This document shows, in pieces, positions 59,254 to 64,000 of a stretch of 64,000 nt of DNA. The notes beneath the pieces are model-generated. The model worked only from the letters and a program-made list of their open reading frames with translations. It was not told where the DNA came from and made no database searches. Position numbers and translations under genes: made by a program. Position 1 is the first letter of the stretch. Each line of letters begins with the position of its first letter. The stretch comes from a bacterium (GTDB lineage Bacteria > Omnitrophota > Gorgyraeia > Zapsychrales > Zapsychraceae), in the NCBI GenBank assembly GCA_030429765.1, contig JAUIER010000006.1:23925-87924 (forward strand), given 5' to 3'.

Positions 59254-60168
59254 TTAGCGCTTTACCTTCCCTCTTAGACTCTTGATGGTTTTGATCTTGT
59301 GACGTTTCATATAATCCTCGATCCCGTGAAGTACATCAAGCGGCGCGCGCGGGTTCACAAAGTTCATCGTTCCCACCGCCACCATGGTCGCCCCGGCGAG
59401 GATAAACTGCAGCGCGTCCTGTGCCGTCGCGATCCCGCCCATGGCAATGATCGGGATCCTGACCTTCTGGGCGGTTTGATAGACAAGATTGACTGCCAGC
59501 GGCCGGATCGCCGGACCGCTAAGCCCCCCCGTAAAATTACCTAGGACCGATTTCTGTTTCTCGACATCAATCACCATGCCGGTAAATGTATTGATCAGAC
59601 TCAAACCGTCGGCCCCCGCGTCCTCGGCCGCCCGGGCGATCACCGTGATATCGGTCACATTCGGCGCCAGCTTGGCAATCACCGGGACATCCGCGATTTT
59701 TTTGACCATTTTGACAATTCGATAGGTGGCCTTGGGATCCTGAGCGACAAGACTTTTATGCCCGACGTTCGGACACGACAGATTAAGTTCCAACGCCGCA
59801 AAACCCCCGGCATCGGTAAATTTTCGGGCAATCGTCTGAAACTCTTTATCCGAGTGGCCCAACACACTGATAATCAGCGGGACACCAATCTTCTGAAAGC
59901 CGGGTAACTTTTGTTCAATGAATCCATCCGCCCCCGGATTCTCAATTCCGATCGCGTTAAGCATCCCCGACGGTGTTTCCACAATCCGGACCGGCGGATT
60001 TCCTTCCTGCGCCGGCAGTGTCACGGTCTTGGGTGTGATCGCGCCGAGCTTCTTGACCTCCTCGAGATCATAATATTTCTCGGCGTGACCAAATGTCCCG
60101 GAGGCCACGGTCACCGGATTCTTGAATTTGGCCTTGCCGATCTTGACTGATAAGTTTATTTCGCTCAA
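59254..60168 (-). CDS. pyrD: Dihydroorotate dehydrogenase family 1B, catalytic subunit
   Basis: ASGTFG, GNPP.R, NLSCPN, INT, GGLSGPAI. Confidence 0.95.
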   Translation of the reverse strand: MSEINLSVKIGKAKFKNPVTVASGTFGHAEKYYDLEEVKKLGAITPKTVTLPAQEGNPPVRIVETPSGMLNAIGIENPGADGFIEQKLPGFQKIGVPLIISVLGHSDKEFQTIARKFTDAGGFAALELNLSCPNVGHKSLVAQDPKATYRIVKMVKKIADVPVIAKLAPNVTDITVIARAAEDAGADGLSLINTFTGMVIDVEKQKSVLGNFTGGLSGPAIRPLAVNLVYQTAQKVRIPIIAMGGIATAQDALQFILAGATMVAVGTMNFVNPRAPLDVLHGIEDYMKRHKIKTIKSLRGKVKR

Positions 60169-60177
60169 TTGTTGAAC

Positions 60178-60537
60178 CTATTTGAAAAATACAATTTTAA
60201 TTCCGATGAGAATCAACGCGACCCCAAAAATCTTTTTTAAAACCGCCGCCGGCAAGTGCTGCACCAGATGCGCGCCGAGAAACGAGCCGACAATAAATCC
60301 GATAATCATAAACCCGGTGATATCCAACTTCAGGTTACCCGCCGCGTAGTAACGCCAGGCCGCGGCGAAAAATACCGGAACAGTTAACAAACCGACCACC
60401 GTTCCCTGAGCCTGATGCTGTGTCAGTCCCGCCACCATCACCAGCAACGGCACCATGACAGCGCCGCCACCCAATCCCAATCCTCCCCCGACAAAACCGC
60501 CGGCGAATCCAATCAATATGTAGGTCAGGACTGGCAT
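60178..60537 (-). CDS. TSUP (TauE/SafE) family half-size transporter
   Basis: GLGGGAVMVP...QHQAQGT motif. Confidence 0.8.
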   Translation of the reverse strand: MPVLTYILIGFAGGFVGGGLGLGGGAVMVPLLVMVAGLTQHQAQGTVVGLLTVPVFFAAAWRYYAAGNLKLDITGFMIIGFIVGSFLGAHLVQHLPAAVLKKIFGVALILIGIKIVFFK

Positions 60538-60556
60538 AATTTTTTCCTATCGACGT

Positions 60557-61330
60557 CTAGTCAAAAATAATTTCCTGCAAATCAAACACCGGACCGTCGT
60601 AACAAACCGTCTTGAATCCATTGGTCGTCCGGATCGAACACCCCAAACAGGCACCAAGCGCACAGGCCATGATTTCTTCGCAGGCCGCCTGTCCTTTGAG
60701 TTTGTGCTTCCTGGCAAATTTCTGAACGGCCGCCATCATCGGCGTGGGACCGCAGGTGTAGACCATGGTGGTCTCGGGATCAAGGTTAATCTTGTCAAAC
60801 AGCTCCGACACACGTCCGTGCGTCCCGACGCTGCCGTCATCCGTCGCCACATGAACCTTGCACCCATTCTCCTTGAATTCCTTCATCGGATAAACATGAC
60901 CGCGCGTTCGCCCCCCGTATAGAACAATCATCTCCAATTTGCGCTTCTTTAAAACATCGGATAACACCATAAACGGCGCGATCCCGATGCCTCCTGCAAT
61001 CATCACCACCTGCTTGATATTTTTATCGGGCAAATCAAACGGCGTCCCCACCGGACCCAGCACATCAATGTCGTCTCCCTTTTTCATCTGTGACATGATC
61101 GTTGTTCCCGGACCAACCGCCTCGTAAAAAACCTCAATGTAACGCTTATCGCGATACACACTAAACGGTCGACGGAAAAACGGTTCGTAACCGGAATTGG
61201 TACGGATATGGACAAACTGCCCGGGCTTGATTTTACCTTTCAGCGGCTTGGCATCAATACACAGCCGGTAAAATTTGGGACAGAGTTTTTCGTTGGATGC
61301 AACTTTGAAGATATTTTGAAGCTTGGCCAT
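60557..61330 (-). CDS. pyrK: Dihydroorotate dehydrogenase electron transfer subunit
   Basis: PGQF, RRPFS, GGIGIAP, TDDGS, CGP, MACALGACLGC...C.DGPVF. Confidence 0.94.
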   Translation of the reverse strand: MAKLQNIFKVASNEKLCPKFYRLCIDAKPLKGKIKPGQFVHIRTNSGYEPFFRRPFSVYRDKRYIEVFYEAVGPGTTIMSQMKKGDDIDVLGPVGTPFDLPDKNIKQVVMIAGGIGIAPFMVLSDVLKKRKLEMIVLYGGRTRGHVYPMKEFKENGCKVHVATDDGSVGTHGRVSELFDKINLDPETTMVYTCGPTPMMAAVQKFARKHKLKGQAACEEIMACALGACLGCSIRTTNGFKTVCYDGPVFDLQEIIFD

Positions 61331-61341
61331 AGTGGGAAATA

Positions 61342-62166
61342 TTATTCCTGACAGTGATTACAAAAAAATGTACTGCGTTGCGCCTGCACGATCCGCTGGA
61401 TCGGTTGTTTACACGACGGGCATTGCCGGTCTTTGCGGCCGTAGACCTTGATCCGGCGCATAAAATTACCTTTTTGGCCGGACGAGTCACGGTAATTCCG
61501 CATGGATGTTCCACGACTCTCGACCGCTTCATTCAGAATCTTGACGATCGACCGGTGCAGCCGGCTGATTTGTTTCTGATTGAGCGTGTTGGCCCGCCGC
61601 TGCGGATGGATCCGGCTGGCATATAAAATTTCAGAGGCATATATATTCCCGATACCGGCAATAAAATGCTGGTCCATCAACAGTGTCTTGATCGGCGAAA
61701 CCCGGCGACCGATCCGCTCGAAAAAATCATCAAGAGTAAAATCCGACTCCAGCGGTTCGGGTCCTATTGTAGTCAAATACGGGACCTCGTCAAGCCGGTC
61801 CACATAGTACAGCCAGCCGAAAAGTCTTTGGTCATTATAATTTAAATACTGACCGTTGGAAAGTCGGAAGACAACTTTCGTCTCGCTGGACTCCTGATTT
61901 ACGCGTAATTGGGGCCCATACACAAAATAACCGGTCATTTTGACCTGAACGAACAAAAACCGGCCATTATCCAATTCGATAATAATCCCTTTCCCGCGTC
62001 GCCGCACCGCGCCAAACGTGACGCCCTTCATCCGTCGCGTAAAATGCGCGGCGGTCATATCTTTGAGAACTCGCGCGTCAAAGACACGGACCTGTTCAAC
62101 CGTCAATCCTGGAATTTTCTCCCGCAGGTCCCGGGCCATGGTCTCAACTTCTGGTAATTCCGGCAT
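61342..62166 (-). CDS. mutM: Formamidopyrimidine-DNA glycosylase
   Basis: MPELPEVE, GIGNIYASE, C-terminal zinc finger. Confidence 0.96.
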   Translation of the reverse strand: MPELPEVETMARDLREKIPGLTVEQVRVFDARVLKDMTAAHFTRRMKGVTFGAVRRRGKGIIIELDNGRFLFVQVKMTGYFVYGPQLRVNQESSETKVVFRLSNGQYLNYNDQRLFGWLYYVDRLDEVPYLTTIGPEPLESDFTLDDFFERIGRRVSPIKTLLMDQHFIAGIGNIYASEILYASRIHPQRRANTLNQKQISRLHRSIVKILNEAVESRGTSMRNYRDSSGQKGNFMRRIKVYGRKDRQCPSCKQPIQRIVQAQRSTFFCNHCQE

Positions 62167-62173
62167 TGTCTTC

Positions 62174-63955
62174 CTATGGTGTATTGATTAAGTGTTGTAT
62201 CTCGGTCATACCTTTTCCATCGCCGGCCGCTGTATAGAGCTCCAGCGCCTCTTGCAAACTTTTTGCCGATTCATCCATGCGATCAAGCTTCCGATAGGCC
62301 AGCCCCATCTGATGATATGCTTCGGGAAACTTGAGCCGGCCCAAGGTGGAGCGTCTCAAATAATACAGCGCGTCATCATATTCACCCGCATCTATACTCT
62401 GAAGTCCAAGCCGCAAATACTCTTTCTGCACTTCATCCCGATAACGCATCATTTCCGCATAAGCCGCATCCGCTTGACGAGGCTGCCCGGTCTTTTCAAA
62501 GAGGATCATCATGTTTTGGTGAACCTGGGCCAAAAACGCAATATCCTTATATTTCTGACGTTGCTCAAATAGCCCGAGCGTCCGTCGGTAACTCTTGAAC
62601 GCATCGTCATAACGTTCGGCCTTCTGATAGGCCGATCCCAGGGCAAAATGCGCGTATGGCTTAAGCGGTGATTTACGCGTTACATCTTCCCACAATGAAA
62701 TCTCCGTCGCCCATACCCGGTTACGCTGGACCGTCAACACGCTCAACATCGCGATAATCAAGGCCAGCGCGATCCATACCGTTCTGGATAATTTGGGACG
62801 GGCAAAGATCACGCCTGAGATCGCCAGTACAAACCCCGGCATCGACAGGTAAAGTCGATGTTCCCAGATCACATACCGGATGGGAATCACACTTGATTCA
62901 ACGGCCAAGGTGACAAAAAACCAGAACACGCCGATACACACCCAAGGATTGGATCGACGGCATTTCCAGCCCAAGTAAACAACGCCCAGCAGCACACACA
63001 ATGAAATCCACGTCGCTCCGTCGAACAACCCCATTGATAAGGGAAAATCATAGTCCAGGTTTTGGCCCACCGGAATCAGCAGCAAACGGATATAGTGAAC
63101 AATCACATTAAACTGCGTGAACAGGTAAATTTGGCTGGTGATCAATTCATGTGATCCGGCCCGTAACACCCGTGGCGCGAACACCGACGAAAGATCATAG
63201 TCCAGGGCGAGAAACACGGGAATGATCAGGAGAAATAACAAAGGCACATAACGCCCGAGATTACTCCCTTGTCGAACCGATGAAGTTCCGGCGGGGCTCC
63301 GCATTAAATACAACTCCAGAAAGACAATCACAATCGGAAGCGTGAAGACCGTCTCTTTGGTCAGCATCCCCAATAAGGCTGAAACACCGGCCAGCGCAAA
63401 CCACCTACCGTATCGTCCGTCGGAACGCAGCCGTCCGCATAAATAGCTCGCCACCGATAACAGATAAAACATCGCCGCCAACGATGCCAGCCGCTGATAG
63501 ATATATGTGACCGCCTGTGTCTGCACCGGATGAACCACAAACAACAACGCCGCAAACAAAGGCATCCACGCGGCATCCGATCCCGACGCGAGATTCCGCA
63601 GACGGGGAGCACGCCTCATCAAATTAACAATCCAAAAAACCAGACAGGCACTAATCAGATGGATCACAATATTCGTCAGGTGATACCCGACGACATTGGT
63701 CCCATGCAAAAAATAATTCAGCGCAAATGTCGCAAAACCCACGATGCGCGTCTTGTGCCCCACCGACCAGAACTTCTCCTGAGCCTCAGGATTCAACGGA
63801 TCGGTAACGATCGAATTATTGAGAATAAAGGCATGGTCATCGAATTGAAACGCATTCTGCAGGGAATTGGCATAGACCATGCCGCCGATCATACAAATGA
63901 TCAATACTTGAAGAAACGGATGACGCAGGATTACTCCTGAAGCGCTCTTATACAT
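62174..63955 (-). CDS. TMTC-like membrane protein with C-terminal TPRs (putative O-glycosyltransferase)
   Basis: FQFDD, YHLTN..IH, HPVQTQAV.YI.QR, KET, EHRLY, RNRVW motifs. Confidence 0.8.
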   Translation of the reverse strand: MYKSASGVILRHPFLQVLIICMIGGMVYANSLQNAFQFDDHAFILNNSIVTDPLNPEAQEKFWSVGHKTRIVGFATFALNYFLHGTNVVGYHLTNIVIHLISACLVFWIVNLMRRAPRLRNLASGSDAAWMPLFAALLFVVHPVQTQAVTYIYQRLASLAAMFYLLSVASYLCGRLRSDGRYGRWFALAGVSALLGMLTKETVFTLPIVIVFLELYLMRSPAGTSSVRQGSNLGRYVPLLFLLIIPVFLALDYDLSSVFAPRVLRAGSHELITSQIYLFTQFNVIVHYIRLLLIPVGQNLDYDFPLSMGLFDGATWISLCVLLGVVYLGWKCRRSNPWVCIGVFWFFVTLAVESSVIPIRYVIWEHRLYLSMPGFVLAISGVIFARPKLSRTVWIALALIIAMLSVLTVQRNRVWATEISLWEDVTRKSPLKPYAHFALGSAYQKAERYDDAFKSYRRTLGLFEQRQKYKDIAFLAQVHQNMMILFEKTGQPRQADAAYAEMMRYRDEVQKEYLRLGLQSIDAGEYDDALYYLRRSTLGRLKFPEAYHQMGLAYRKLDRMDESAKSLQEALELYTAAGDGKGMTEIQHLINTP

Positions 63956-64000
63956 TCTTGAATTTTAACCTTGGCCTCTTGAACATCATTGACCTTGATC

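Noticed and set aside
37552-63940. Many + strand ORFs of 60-270 aa
   Set aside because: Antisense shadows of well-supported - strand genes in GC-rich DNA.
63931-64000. C-terminal fragment of an upstream - strand gene (IKVNDVQEAKVKIQECIRALQE*)
   Set aside because: Probably real but too short to identify.

Overview
64 kb of a bacterial chromosome with almost all genes on the - strand. The E-DUF2764-A-B-D-I-K V/A-type ATPase, paralogous SGNH-TPR proteins, a TMTC-like membrane protein and a large LamG surface protein fit a PVC-superphylum organism such as Omnitrophota (inference only). The right half (37.3-64 kb) is mostly core: TMTC-like gene, mutM, pyrK, TSUP, pyrD, pyrF, the V/A-ATPase operon, membrane/glycosylation genes, a 4x HTH_17 regulator coupled to a 1505-aa LamG protein, and mscS-corA-rimB-rimK-M14 peptidase. 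The left half (1-37 kb), downstream of tRNA-Asp(GTC), is a mosaic of GC-rich and visibly AT-rich genes: a GIY-YIG gene with a duplicated ~118-bp leader, att-arm-like repeats, a type I R-M operon with a UPF0489 gene, BrnTA, WYL/VOC, a stand-alone SIR2-like gene, a PurD-like ATP-grasp, a speD operon under a riboswitch-like leader, IS30, rarA, an AAA_14/DUF4143 ATPase, ppk2 and pirin. Main unexplained signals: (i) about a dozen GGG(G)WCAGCGCCC REP-like motifs at gene junctions, with IS30 inserted into a palindrome of the same core; (ii) an atoC-like structured leader plus terminator ahead of the speD operon; (iii) a covalent four-HTH_17 protein with four GTTAAC boxes upstream; (iv) a triplicated terminator-like hairpin separating accessory modules; (v) a leader that can pair with the tRNA-Asp 5' end. 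All family calls come from motif recognition by eye; no searches were run.
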